NCBI GenBank assembly: GCA_002633005.1
Contig: NMRA01000833.1
Location: 67,523 to 112,685, forward strand
Length of the DNA stretch: 45,163 nt
Origin: Phoronis australis
Taxonomy: Eukaryota; Animalia; Phoronida
Direction: 5' to 3'
The translations under genes and the position numbers were made by a program. Position 1 is the stretch's first letter. Each line of letters opens with the position of its first letter. The notes below the pieces were generated by a model that worked only from the letters and a program-made list of their open reading frames with translations, made no database searches and had not been told where the DNA came from. Of this stretch, positions 22,901 to 37,099 are shown piece after piece.

Positions 22901-25539
22901 AACGTTTAAACGTTTTGATGAACGCTGCTACAAAAAAGCATCTTTCACGTTTTGTGCAAAAAATGTAAGGAGTTAATAGTCAACATGGAAATGCGCTGTG
23001 TGATGTTCTATATTACAACCCGACAAAAAGTGAAGCTGTTGTGGAACATGCTACTCAACAGCCTGTAGACGCAGCCATGGCTTGGACATTCGCAAAAATT
23101 TAGGCTGGATTTTTTGACGTGGATTAATGTATCAATCTGTCCACTCAAACAGCACAACTCTCTCACTTATGACCACAGCAGATCCGCCACTGGTAAGTAC
23201 TCTAATGCTGACAAAGGGAGATACTTTAAAGTCCAATCATTCACGAAAGTCACCCACGGCAAAGAAAACTTGTCACCCACTATGAAATGAAATCACAAAT
23301 TAGTCCTGATGTACGACCAGATAATAGGTACAACGCCTTGTGAAAGACTTGGAATATCTATGATTGCATGTCACATTATTTTTTGACATTCGATGAAGTT
23401 CTTCTGGGATAGCTATAAATCTAAAGCAGATGTATTTTCAAAATGATATCAAAAACCTTACAAACACTTTACCTGTAAACTGGGAGGTACATGTAGATCG
23501 TGCTCCAGGGCGAAACCGCACAAGCTGCCCCGTTTTGTCAAGGCACTGTTCTACAAAATTTCTGGGGCGCAACAGAGACCACGTATTCGATGAAGCATCA
23601 GCCCCCCTTGAACAGAGCGACCCACTTCTTAAATAGCTGGGGAGACATGTCAGTATTAGAAAATCCTGAAATAACAATGTCAGCTAAATCAAATTCGTGA
23701 AAGTGGCATATTTTAGTTCTCGGGCGATCTACGGTTTGTCAGCCACACACGGCATCCGTTGTTTTAGCTAAAAACATCTTAGTCCTTACACGTACATACA
23801 ATATCAATTTTCAATACAACTACAGGCAAGACTAGCCTAATTTTTACTGTGCCACCCTCGTCCAAAAATATTCAAGTGCCCCCATCACCCAAAAAAAGAG
23901 TTTACCGTTCTTAGTTGCAGTCGTGCAATGCAATCAGCGTGCTTAAGCCAAAAACATACTTATGGAGCAAATTTACCCACAGCCACAGGACCACATCATC
24001 TCAAATCTATTAGTTAAACTCAATGACAAATGTGTGTGTTCTGAACGTTGCAGGAGAACCTATATGGCTATGGGTGCAAAATCAAGACGATTTCAATGCA
24101 CCAGTTGACTCAAGTTAATCAGTCCTAGCTTGTCAATGAATATTTTAAGTGCCAATGACTCCGGGCACGGCCCTAAAATATTCTTGTAATCAGCGAATCA
24201 CAATACCTCCGGGCGGAATGTGAGCACTGAACTGCAGCCGTGACGGAGAGCATTTCAAACTGACAAAATAGACAAGGCTTCTCATGATTAACAAGTATCT
24301 TAATTAGAATAAGCACTTACATGTAGAAAGTGAGGCTTTGTGCACGACTCCACTGGTTCTTGTAATTGTAGCGTTTGCAAACATATCACTGCGAGCCCCC
24401 AGACTTCCTGACTGATGCCGTAGAGCTCTCAGTGTTTCCCACCGTTTTTGCATTGTGTAGCGCTCCCCAATATGGCGCCATACTGACAGAGCGAGCTCCA
24501 TGTTTCTGGGTCCTGCGCGCCCCTGTATTCGTACGGATATTGAGAAATGAGAGTTTTTAGCCTTTGGAACCTTCTCTCACTAGATTGGCAGACATGAAAC
24601 ACACGAAGTCAAAACGGAAAAAATCTATTCGTTGGAAAAGCTTGAATCGATGTAGACAAAACCTACGTGAATCACAGGTGAAGGATTTCTGCAGGCCTAC
24701 ATGACAGTTTGTGAGAAGGAACTGTTTCTACATTCAGTCATCACATAGACCAGAATGGACGGATCAATTTGAACGAACATTATAGCCAGTGGTGTGTTCG
24801 GAGGGGGCACATAAATCAACAAAATAAGAGACAATGAACAGAAACAACTCGGCGTAATAAGAAGCAGGAGATTCATCAACATGTCTAACAATGTAAACGT
24901 TATTGAAAAACGCAAAAACGAGCCATACCTGAACAGCACACCTTCACCAGGTTTAACTACACGTCGCTCTTTTCTTAAAAACCAACGTAAATAAGTGCTA
25001 ATTTCAGTACTAACTAGAACAGAGGAATCTACTGATAACTACCAAATGTCTCTCGAATGACGATTGTGTCCTTGAGCAAAGCACCGAAAGTGCATTTTTC
25101 CAGTAGACTTGGTTGTTTAAAACGAGTACCGTCATGAGAGGGGAATGATCAGGAGGAGCTGAAAGGCTCTGGCGCTGACGCACGTAAACCGTAAGGGACA
25201 GGTCCAGTGACTCGTGAAAGTTTGCTTTACGTAAGATGTAATGCACCCAAGTTAAACACAACTGTGTCATTTCATGAGACACTTAGACATGTTTAGATTG
25301 TACGGAAAAAAGATTACTGGTGTAACTGAGGTGGCACATCTTTGCCATGGGTGGGAAGAAGCCGAGAGAAGTGAGATCAGGTTGGGTGGTTTGTCAACAA
25401 CCAGTATAGTTAGCCCGGCAAAGACATCCCGCTGTGAAATTTCAAATGGAATTGATTGATTCCATCTGAGATTATTTGAATTACTATCAGAGGCATCGAT
25501 TAGTGTTCTTTCATCGTAATTGGGATTTCCCCAATGGTT

Positions 25540-26460
25540 TCGATATATTATTTTGTCTATTTCCGGAATTGTCTGGCATATAACTCTTTGTGACATGAGT
25601 GGAGTGGCCCTGAACATGTTTCAGTTAATTTCAATAGCTTCTGGTGTGTTGGTCTAACTCACCTCGGAGGTTTGGGCTTGTCTGGCTGGGGTATCCCGCC
25701 ACGGAATTTGTCTGGCAAAGTTCGTCATGACCCTTGGTTTCGTGTTGAATATTTTGCAACTGGATTCATGTGGTTACATGAACCTCAGGTGTTGATTTAG
25801 TTCAGTTGTGGGACGCCATTATATTTTGTCTGACACACAACCCACCACCTAAATGGTTTGGCATGTACCAATTGTGTCATGTTGAGTGATGCAGAACGTT
25901 ATGCACTTGGCTTCAGCTGGTTACCTGGAGGGTCGTTCTAGTTCAAGTCTGAGGATTGGGAGTATCTGGCTGGGTTAACACACCATCGAATTTGCCAAGC
26001 AGTCTTCCTTCATGATGCACGTGGTTATGTTGAATATATTTTCGGATGACCTAGCTCACTTTTGGCACCCACTATTTTTGTCTAGCAGGGCTCCCAATCA
26101 TTGAAGTTGTCTGGCGAATAACTACTTCGCCACGTGCAGTGATGCTGGACGTTACTTGGTGGGATGGGCTAGCTCAACCCGGAGCTTTGGGAGTGTCTAG
26201 AGAGGGTAATCTTCGCTGACTTTTTCTGGCAGTGCTCATTCACGATTCATTGTTGTATGTTGAAAAATTTGTAACCAGTTTCTGGTGGTTATCTCTTGAG
26301 TTCATCTAGCTCAATTTTTGGCCTCAGTTAAAACCGTCTGGCTGATGTTTCCCACCTCTGAAATTGTCTGGCAGTGGATAATACTGATACAGTGAATTGA
26401 GTAGTAGGTGTCGCAGGTATTTTTAAGTGGTTACCAGAAAATTTGATCTATCTGAATTTT
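25540..26460. repeat. Degenerate higher-order tandem repeat (~110-150 bp units built from ~30-bp subunits)
   Basis: Paired GTCTGGC-like motifs 28-30 bp apart (25680/25710, 25828/25856, 26080/26109, 26195/26224, 26336/26366). Each pair is preceded ~30 bp upstream by a CTAGYTCA-like motif (25654, 25797, 25938, 26051, 26169, 26306). Confidence 0.7.
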
Positions 26461-28074
26461 TGAGTGTCATTCCCATGGCTCCCCTGACCATACCCACCAA
26501 GGCAAACCTGTCAGATGGACATTTCCTAGCACTGGTATCAAAGAAATTTAGTTACCTTTACGTGCCAAAATACCTTAATTTTTATACCAGAAAGTCAACT
26601 TAAATTTAATGGACCAACGATTTTCTTCGGGGTATGGAATTTAATAAATATGGACCGGAATTTCAAAAACCCTGCGAAACCTCTGACTAAGAATAATGCA
26701 ACATGAACAAACCGTCTCATTTGGTCCATCTCGCATCACCTTCATCCGGAACCCATTCCGTATGTTCCGATACATACGCCATCTGTGATATCAATCCTTT
26801 CAAACTTAGATACTTACTGCGGTAGCTATTAGTCCGTTTCGGTGGGAACACTGGCAAGTTATTATGTTTATACATTAGTATAATAGGCGTGTTCACTCCG
26901 TCATCTTGCCATTTGCCGCAACGGTTATCGGTAAAAAACTAGCGCCCCAAGCGGCGAATAAGCAACAATAATTTAGTGGCGGAGTCCAAACCATGTAAAC
27001 ACTGCTAAACCCATACTTTAACGACGTACGACGTGCAATAAAAGTACTGTGTGATTGAAAATGGATAAAATACGTGAACTAACATCATCTTTTAATGGAA
27101 TGAGAATGAAAATGTGTGTTTTAATCAATATCAAAGACGTGTATTTGCTTTCATTCGCTTGAAGGTCCCTTCAAAATCCATCATGGTTTTGTTTCATGTC
27201 TGAGTTCTCAATAAGGCAAATTGCCGTTCCTCATAACATTTCAAACCTCCATGGACTACATAATTTTTGTGATTGTTCCTGGAGTTCCAGGGAGGAGTTG
27301 CTCCCAGATGCCAACAACGGGGGTAGAAGGTAGGAGTGCAAACCAGGTAAAAATCAAGTTGGCGCAAAATGGGTATTGACCCCCTCTGTGGTACATGGGA
27401 GGCGTGCTAAGCGGTTAAAAACCAATGGGGGTGTACCACAAGGGTGTTGAGCCGCGGCCATCGTCACACACTTTGGTTGCTAGACCCCCCTGACCATTGA
27501 CAACATGTACTGAGGTGGTCATAAGATTTGGCACGTTTTGTGCATGCCCTCCCTCAAGGGCATTTTATTATGACCGGTGTCCCTGCCCCTGTGGTCATGT
27601 CACTACCATCCTGGACGTTGTTCCCAGCTCAACAAGTTCGTATTTGTTCACTAATCAATTCAACAGGCTACCAGCAATGCAGAAAATTGTTTTGTGCAGT
27701 GGGTGTTACACAAGTAAGGAGAAAGCAAGGCAATACATAAGTACCACAACATTGCAATCCATTCTGATGCACTCCCACATATAATTTAAAAACATTCAAT
27801 TATTTCTTAGCTTACATATTAATCCCAATCTCCAAAAACGTACAAAATATCCGACACATACTGTACCAAGACAACAAGAAAATCCGTCCAACGTTCTCAC
27901 TCCCCGTTAATTCACTAGTAAACAACAGCTCTTTTCACCAAAGAAATGCGTTACAAATAAAGCTGAAAAGTAATTTACTCAAAGCGGTGTTTGTCATCAA
28001 CAAGCAAACTGAATCGGAATCCATAGCTCAGCAAAAGTGGAGCAAACCAACATGACCTCTGCATATTATGAGGC

Positions 28075-28185
28075 TGTTCTGAGATCAGTGTAGAGAACAC
28101 AAGAGCTGAGAAAATGTATTTCATCCTTTATGCATGGAACAGTAAAAAATCACACATTCAATCGCTCCTTAATAGGAGTAGAAAC
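28075..28185 (-). mobile_element. Short non-LTR retrotransposon 3' fragment (C-terminal CCHC-like motif)
   Basis: TPIKERL...IKDEIHFLSSCVLYTDLR resembles the EDE.HF...C..Y..LR motif at LINE ORF2 C-termini. Confidence 0.5.
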
Positions 28186-28569
28186 ACCAAAATTTCTAGT
28201 TTACACTTTCAGCAACAAGACTCCGCATCTGGAGTGAGACAATAAAGACTTTTTTCTAGAAATTGTAAAATAATAAATAATTTTTTTATAGTTTTTTGCA
28301 AATAATTTAGCTTGTGTTTGATCAAAATTTCAGCCCTCCATTCAGACTGGGAGAGGTCATTCAGTTTCACTTTGGCTCTCTCCAAATTACAAGGTAACCT
28401 TTCATAAAATGTTGGAATCTTATGAACCATTGTAGAAACTTAAAAAAACATGTTTGTCCTTTCTACACGAGATGGCCCAGTAAAATACCTGCTTTGTGAG
28501 ATTATAATCAAACATACAAATACATGTACAATAAAGTCTAGTCCAGAGTCGAAATGATACATAATTTGC

Positions 28570-28854
28570 GGAGAACTTTTTGGTGGATTCGTGACATCAA
28601 ATATTGTTGGCATTGCATTCCATACCGCCATGTTCTTCATACAAGCATCCATGAACATGGAGTCCTTGAAGTGACGAAAACATAACTTACAGTTCTTGGA
28701 CTACTGGCCCGGGTTGCATCTCTGTTCATAAGGTCGGCTCCCAGCGCTTGCACCTAACAAGTCTCAGTGAGAGACGTAGGAACAAACCTCATACTCACCA
28801 GGCTCTTAGAAGACTGGTAGCCAAGAATACACTATACTACAGAAGTCCTGTCAT
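28570..28854 (-). pseudogene. THAP zinc-finger domain relic (P-element/hAT-type transposase N-terminus)
   Basis: RCKRW...KNCKLCFRHFKDSMFMDACMKNMAVWNAMPTIFDVTNPPK matches the THAP W...LC..HF...AVPT.F signature. Stops and frameshifts in the 5' part. Confidence 0.75.
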
Positions 28855-30902
28855 ACTCTGCTGCGATAGAGACAAGATCATCTTTGTGTAAATTAAAAAA
28901 CTAGACTGAAATGTTGACCCAACGATGATTTTAAGGCCGCGCCCCGCATCATTTCCGCATACTTAGGTTTTCGTTGAAGCACTGGTGTTGCTTAACTTGG
29001 GCCAACTGGTTCATTAAAATAACGTTGATTTTTTCACCAACACCCACAGATTCTCTAACTTGACTCATAGATAGATTTGAGGCCCTGTGCCTGTGACTGT
29101 GGCCGTGTCACCGATCATATTGGCCCGGGATGGCCATGGGTATGTTTTTCTAAGGGTGACTTACATGCAGAAATTTTTATTTGGAATACATGAACTGCAA
29201 ATATCCAAAAATGCTGAATAACATATCGTTAATCATAGCCCTTCCACCAGCAGCCTGGCTGTGAAGTAGTAGTCTACACTGTAGACGAGAGTGGCCGACA
29301 GGAACTGACTTGTCTTCCAACCGTGAACAGAACAGATAAAATTAAATGCAAAGTATCATATTATTGAATTACAAGTCCTTTACCTTTTTTACAGTTCTTG
29401 TGTTTTAGTGGCTGGATTTGAGCAACTTCTTGCGCTGCAAAAAGCGCCCTTTGGCATTGATCTCGCGCATCGTAGTTAACCGTTGCTTATTCGCCAGTTG
29501 GATGCGCTAGTAGTAGCGATAACAGCTCCTATTGTACAACATTCCTTGTTTATAGTAAAGATTTTAAACTACAGTGTGTAGTTTTATTTTCATCTATACA
29601 TTAGATGTCGCCAGTAGCGTTCTGTTCAGCCAACTTAATTAAGTAGCGTCCTGTTCGTCTTTTGTCAATTATTGTTAATATTTAGTTTATTATTCCGTCT
29701 TTGTTTTACCATACACTACAGTTACTGCAGCTGCTTATCTTAATTATTTTACGTTCTTAGGGTGGTTCTTTACTCCGTTTTAAGCAAAGAGGAAACCCGC
29801 ATAATCCGCAAGTTCGCACTTGCATCTTGACATAGAAATTAAATTTACAGGTTCGAGTAGAGCAATGCACCTTCTGTCGTTAATAAACAATGGATGGGAC
29901 TTCACTTTCGTGATCTTAATAATCCCACAACTCAAATTTGGGTGACTTTCTCTCCCAATTACAACAAATCCATGCCAGTCTATTCCAGTACAGATTCATG
30001 TTATTGCTTCTCTGTCGTCGGATGGTAATGATGGGGTTTTTTGATGTCGGTGGAATACCTTTGGGCCACGATGTACATGAGTACAGGATTGAAGTCCTTC
30101 ATCTTGAAATAATACAGAAATTTCAAAAATACTTCTGGCGTTGTTGCTTTGAGATTTGTCTTCAGGCCCTGTTCAATAACAGAATAACATTCCACCAAGA
30201 GGTAACGCAGCAAACAGCAATTTTATTTCAGACGACAACATTCGTGTCAATGGTAGATACTGGGCAAAGAACCAGATATGTTAATTCTAAGGAATCATCA
30301 ATTCATACGTTAAACCACCACCAAAATTGACAAACAGACGACGTTATAACTTGGAATGAATTCTCCACTTTGTATGTCGTTGTATGGCTTTCATCACCTC
30401 TTCGTCATGGAAAAGCCGCCAAGACTACAAAGATAAAATGCACTTTAGTAAATGAAATCTTCTTTTGCGTTCTAAGGGATAACTTTGTTATGGAGACTCA
30501 CAAAATCATATTTCAAAATCACTGATGATAACACAATCTCACAGTATGTGGCTTAAGACAATGTACAAATCTTCGTAATCATGTTAGTGTGTTTCTCTCA
30601 AAAAACCTTACGTGTAATTTGTCACCGAGATAGTCGCAATTACAAGCAAAACACGTGACCACATTAGCTTCCTTAGCGTCAACGAAACTCTAGCCAGGCT
30701 CCGGTCACCATCACCGCTCTAATGTTAGAGTGTAACTAGTACACGTTTTCTACAAATGCGATTTATGTTAGTTCAATGACTTCCTGCTCAGTGAAATATA
30801 CACCAATGGTTGTGTCCCAACGAATTACGTGCAGAATGACAAAATCACGCCTCGTTGAAATTCGTGTGAGTATCGTGCAGATCATTGTCACACTACCTAA
30901 AT

Positions 30903-31072
30903 TTACAATTTATGAACCATATATACATGTAGTTCTGATACTGAGTATTTACTGTCATACTCACTGTCATCATCACTATCTTCATCATCATTATCGAGTT
31001 CTCTTAACACGTCGTCGTTATCTCTTTTGCTCAACGCTATTCTCATTTCATGTGTTTGATACACGCCGTCAC
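30903..31072 (-). CDS. Exon 3 (terminal) of secreted EF-hand protein gene, copy B
   Basis: ttatatgcAG acceptor, phase 1. Encodes (G)DGVYQTHEMRIALSKRDNDDVLRELDNDDEDSDDDSEYDSKYSVSELHVYMVHKL*. Completes the EF loop DLNGDGVYQTHE begun in the previous exon. Not in the ORF track. Confidence 0.75.
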
Positions 31073-34000
31073 CTGCATATAAATTATCACAAAATAATAC
31101 ATGAAAACTATGAACCTACACAGACCCATATAACAAAATGCAAAAGCCCATACCCGGTACTCATTGCAACGACTACATGGCACTGGAGATTTTAAATGTC
31201 CAATAACAACAAGTTGCATACAAAAATCCCATTCCGCTCTGGTTTGCACACCTTTTTCGGTTGGCAATTTTTTTCAAAAATTCACCTTAGCGTGGCTTTT
31301 TTGGCAGTCAGGTTGGCTGAGACGGTCAAAGACAAGTCCATTCTATTTTCATAGAAATTAAAATGTCTACATGAAATTTGAACCCAGGTTCAATGCAATC
31401 GACTTTATGCAAGCATGCAGTCAAGTAACTGCGAATTTTCTAAGTTATCTAAGCTGCTTATTATTTACATTCGCATATTAAAAAGGCTCCAGAGTATAGA
31501 CAAGCGTTTGTTTGTTATTTGGATATTATTTTGTACAAAGTCAATTATTTGGAGTCTAACAACTTTTTAACGAATCCGTTGGTATCGTACAGGCAGTATT
31601 GCACGAAGACAAACGTCTTCAGTGCTGCACATTTCTGTACTTTGAACTACGCAAAGCCGATGTGCTTATCAAGTTGATGCCGCGCGGGCGACATCAACGT
31701 GGCGAATTTAAAGTTAAGAGAAAACGATGTTATTCAGGTGACCAATCTCTACCCTTGTTGTGAGCACCAGACTTCCTTCCCAAAGTTACTTGACGTCAGA
31801 CGTGACAAACAACGAGTCAGAGGAGATTATTTGAAGAACCTACCGTGCATGGCCCAAAGCAAAGGTTAGGCACTTTGTAGTTCCCTCCAAAATAAAAAAA
31901 ATGTTGGACTCAGTTTGCTGGAATTTGTGCGTATGAAATGGAAACTGCCGCAGAAGTTAAAGTTGCTTGAAATTGTTTAGAGTAAAAGATTTTCTCCCAT
32001 ATTAAAAGAACTTCCTTTATCAGGTCAAAAATCGTCTTGCAAATAACTTCGCTTTCAGAAATGAAACTGAAATTGGAAAAAAATCTGGTTGGTAGTGGCA
32101 TATTGTAGCCTAAATGCCAGGAATTTAGAGGTCAAAAGAGTTTGGAATTTGCCTCCGCTCTGTGACCAGAGCATTCTGGAAATTTTAATTTTGAGATTGT
32201 AATTTCTTAATGATATTTGGCATTTCAAATTTTATCCTGGGGACACACCAAGGGAAAAAGCGATCGATTCGTTGGTTTTCTTTATCCATAAAGATCTCCA
32301 TCGAGTGCGATTTCTGCGAGCTCTGCATTTTTATTAGATCTGCAAGGGCTTTTGTTGCAATGGCTTGCTGTTTCCATGACGTCAGTTACTCGATCTATGG
32401 TTACAGGCCCATGTTAACCGGAAGAGAAGTCTTTGTTGACCTGCAGTATTATGTTGCAAGCCTTACAGTGTTAGTACCCAACTGCTCGTTTTTTTATGAG
32501 TCTAGTGAATTTAAACAATTAAGATGACACTGACAAGTAACCCTGTGTCGTATAAAGCCATAGTGTACATGCTTAGATATTGAAAGAGTATTTTAGTTTA
32601 GCGGGTTTGCAACCAAGCCGACACGCTAATGATTGAATCACGTCTCCCCATTCGTCCTTGACTGACTATGCTGATAGTGCAACATGTTTGGCGAACCGGA
32701 CAATGTAAGTGAAAAAGTTTTAGTTAAATACGTGCGGTACGAATATTAATGTCAGGGGCGTAAATTCTGAGACTGTCGTGGGCATGGGTTCTGTAGTGCT
32801 CAGACCTAGCTGAAGAGCAAGACTTAGCTAGATTAGGGGTGATAATGTCGTGTATTTTAAATGAGAACACGTGATTTTTCGCTTAATTTTTCTAGTCCAG
32901 AGACAGCTACTGATAGCCTAGAAACCAAAAATGTGTACCTAGAAGTTCTTGGTAGTATAAAATTGTGGTTGATTTATGTCTAGGTGACCCTGATGGGGTA
33001 ATTTAACTGCACGCTCTTTAATCTTGACATCGCTAAGCATATTTTTTAAAATAAAAAAACAATTTTTTTGAATTTTGGTATCGCTGCCATCCGATAGCTG
33101 TCGCTTGCAATACGGCCCATTGTGATGCTCACGCTGCTGCCCTGCGGCGGACCAGGTCTAGTTGGTCACAGGTAAAGAAAAAATAAACGGCAAAAAACGA
33201 CTGTTACAGAGAAAAACTGGGCATTTTTGAAGAACTGTAACTTATTCATTTACTTCTTATGTCATATTAGAAAGAAAGCATGAGCATCATTCCGTTGTAT
33301 TCAACAACTTCGTAATCAGTCAAGTTAGTGTTATAGAGCGTTTTTTTCGGAATTGTCACAATTCCCTCAGACGCATATTTTCCTATGCAACTCGGCTCCG
33401 TTTTGATCGTCTGCTGATGACTTCGCCAGTCTTCATCTCGGTGTGACAAGCTATCACAACGTATCTGCTATTGGCTTCCTGATAGCACGCCCGATGTTCC
33501 TACAATCCTGCCCCTGGGCACCGCCGATGCTTTCATCAGACACTCAAGTCTCACTTTGCCGAAGTTCATCACATCTATAAAGTCGCTCGTTCCTCATAAT
33601 ATGAGGCGCTATTGAAGCATTTATTTTTGAGCCCCTGTGGATTAAGGAAGATCGCTACAAAAGTTGACCAGCGATGAGCGCTTACCGTGGTTTGTTTTTT
33701 GTTGCTGTTCTGTTACTGAGTATTACTCGTTTTGAAAGTGTGGAAACGGCTTTGTCGTAAGCTGAGGTTGCATTTGGTGAGTTGAACAAGGAAAAACTAA
33801 ATTCGAACCTGGCTAGTAAGCCTCGAGCTTAGATCGCCAAGGGCAATGTCAGCTCGCAAAGTGCGAGCTGGTACTCACCAAATCAGACCTTGAGTTGTGA
33901 AAGTAATTTGGAGGTCGATGCATCGATAATTTGCATAACTAAAACAAATTGACACAGCCATTATTGAAAATCCTACTTGTGTTGTGGCACTATAGGTAAA

Positions 34001-35807
34001 TTATATTGACATTTGCTCGCATTTTTATGTGGACAATGAATTTAACAGAACTACTTTGACAGGGGATACAGTGCAAGTTTGCATAAATTATGTAAACTGA
34101 GGCAGCCAATATCGAAATTCTATTCGTCCTTATAGATGCGGTATTATGATATTATAATATAAATATTTGTCCCATATTTCTGTGATCAGTTAATTTGAAT
34201 TTGCACCCGTGTTTCATAGAGCAATCAATTTAATGAATTAAGGTTACAAGTTGCTGCTCTACTCAATGTACTCACTAAGATCATACACCGAGATTCATAC
34301 TTATCTTTACCTTCACAACTGCAGCATTAGCTTACCAAACTTTAAAGACAGGCTTGGCAGCTGATACCCAACCTAGTATATTTTTAAAAAAACATTTCCA
34401 CTTTCATTATTTTAGCAAATATCACTTGGTCGGAAAGTTGCCTTCGAAAGTTACTTCTCATAAAGGTCCTAGTACAGATATTTGGGTTCGCTAAATCTCC
34501 CTGCCGTATTACGGCGTTTTGCTGTTGCTCCCAACTTGTTCGATTCTATAGTCCAACAACAAGTTGGGAAGATGACCCCTGTAGCCAATATCTTACACAA
34601 CTGATTAACTCCAGTCTGGCATTTAGGGTTGCAGGGCCAGCTTTTTTTGTTCGATAATTGCTCTAATCTCCAATAAGATCATATCTAGCCTGACTGGGCT
34701 GTGCTGTTGAAAATAGAATTTAAGTTATAAAAATTTGAACATAAACCAATGGCATTTCTAAAATCCTCGTCAAATGGTGATCATGTTTAGTTATTGAATC
34801 GCCAAAATCGCCCAACTACAGCAGAAGTTACTACCATCTATTCTTTCCGAATGTACCAATTCACTTTAGGTGTGACTGTGTTCACACGTGGTTTGTAAAT
34901 AAGCCTGGTAGATAATTGGCCTGCCTGTTGTCATACCAGACAAAAGACTGTGCTTGGCAGCTAGAACAAAGAAGCTAGATGTTTTCACACGCTCACAAAC
35001 CCATTACGTCTGGTAAAGTCACTGAACGGGAAAACGCCGTCATGCGTGCATCTTGTCATTTACATTGCTCATAGCGTCGCCACAAGGTGACCGTCTAGCT
35101 TGCTGTTTATTTTTTCAATGTGGTATATACTTATTCAAGAATACACAGAACAAACAAGGAAAATAACGTGACCCAATAAATCGCGAGGCAATGTATCTGG
35201 GTTGGTGACAGTGCATAGGTGAAAGTAGTATACATAGAACTTGAAATGATCGAATTATCCGGAGTCAGTGAGACACGTTTTTTTTTGACAATAAATTCCA
35301 CAGCAATTAGCAACACCAGAACAAACGAATGCAAACAAATGCCACCAATGTTCGTGCAACCTCCAGCGCGAGATCGAAGTTGGCGTTCAAGGGATTGAGT
35401 TTTATGCTGTGGGGCTCTTGGCTGGCAGCTGTACGCTGCTGCTGTGCTATCACTACTTTGAATTTGATTCGTTTAAAATATGCTATTGCGCCAGGAAATT
35501 GCAATTATTCTGCCGACCCCAAAAAGTTGAATGGCTGAGTCCAACAGTTCTTCACTGGAGAGATTCGAATAAGAAGAGTGCTACCGTTTTTCAACATCGG
35601 AATTTTATGACTTGGGAGCACCTCGTTCCCCAAAGGTACCATTGAAACAGATACATATGTGTTCACGTAGGCGAGAATACAAAAATTTTGATATGCACTC
35701 ATTGTTGCATGCAACACTAAAAATTAAGTCATATCCATCAAATCTGCAATTTAAACAATACAAACACATTTATTGCATCACCGGCGCTTAGGATTTTGAA
35801 ATGTTAC

Positions 35808-35877
35808 CATTCAGGTCCAGTTCTTTAAGTTCATCATCACTTAAGCCCAATGTTCGTTTAGCCATCTTCTCATCAAT
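35808..35877 (-). CDS. Exon 2 of secreted EF-hand protein gene, copy B
   Basis: ttttgctgtttcAG acceptor and GTAACA donor. 70 nt, phase 0-1. Encodes IDEKMAKRTLGLSDDELKELDLN(G). Confidence 0.75.
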
Positions 35878-36048
35878 CTGAAACAGCAAAATGATAACCA
35901 GTAATTAGTTGTACTTTCTTATTTCCATAATATCGGCGAGTAAAAGTCATCTATAATGCATCCAAACATTTCCTGTTCAGTGACAATATCTGATGAGTGT
36001 AGTTTTCAAATGCATATCCTATGCTACTGTTACTGAGTGCCGAAACGT

Positions 36049-36320
36049 GTCAGTTTGCGTTCTTTCCAATAATCGTCATGAAAAAATGCTTGAAAACTGC
36101 CTCGGAGTTGTTGTTCTCAATGCAGGGTAAAGAATCGTCATCCGATAAATCCATATGTACAAAGACGTTCTCCTGTGCTACAAAGGTTGATTGCATTCAA
36201 TTCAACTGACATTACAATAGTCGCCTTTCAGTTTGCGTTTTTCCAAGGATCGTCATGAAAAAATGCTTGAAATGCTACTCCCAGATTTTGTTGTTCACAA
36301 TACTGGGTGAGGAATGGTCA
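36049..36320. repeat. Two diverged ~90-bp direct repeats (period ~179 bp) in intron 1 of copy B
   Basis: tcagtttgcgtt..ttccaa..atcgtcatgaaaaaatgcttgaaa...ttgttgttc.caat.c.gggt.a.gaat.gtca occurs at 36049-36140 and 36228-36320. Confidence 0.75.
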
Positions 36321-37099
36321 GTTTTCTGTGTTTTAGCTTCTTTGACCCCGTTATCCTCAGAAATTTCAGGCAATGTTTCCAATTTCTATTTATTATTATT
36401 ACTGACACCATGGATGAGCTAATCCATTACACAAACTATTTCACTGTCTAGCAGCTTCTATAATTTTACAATACCACAAAAATGGTGATTTCATGTTCAA
36501 ATTTGACACTAATTTTGAGCGAAAACTGATGTGCCCGACTTTTAAACTGATTATCAGAGTAGGACTTGTTTAAACTACATTTTAGTAATATAACATAAGC
36601 AAGTAATCTGCAACGCATAGTACGATCCAAATCCGTGACATAGGGTTTATCACCCATTTTGACTTTTTGTCTGGTCTGAAGTGCACTGCGCTCTTAAGAT
36701 AGGAAACTGGTTAGTTTTCTCATCGGAACGTGTGATTGAATGAGCTTATGAAAAAACACACTTTCATTAGACTGTAGTCATGATATGAATAAAAGAAAGA
36801 GAAAACAAGAAATTGGGGTGTTAATATGAGTTTGCCGTCTATATTCGTTATTTTATCCGTTTTATTCATAAACATACTTAGTCGGCACGCATCTGTTTTC
36901 AAGTTTTATAATGAACACGCGGTTTACTCCGTGGATGGGCGGACACAGGTTATCGCTGACCGGTGCGACGACACACTGAAGACTGATTCGAGTTGATCAC
37001 TTTATTAACTTCGGCCGCACGGCGTACTCAAATCTACTCAAACAAAACGTATTACGTAATGTCTGTTCTATGCTACAGCTAGTGCCGCAAAACCTTGAC

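Noticed and set aside
24733-24790. EF-loop-like HIDQNGRINLNE on +
   Set aside because: Position 1 is His, the frame is closed by nearby stops, and there are no supporting splice sites.
29900-30450. ORFs 29938-30330 (+) and 30001-30213 (-)
   Set aside because: No recognisable motifs. Possibly a decayed gene or TE but not assignable.
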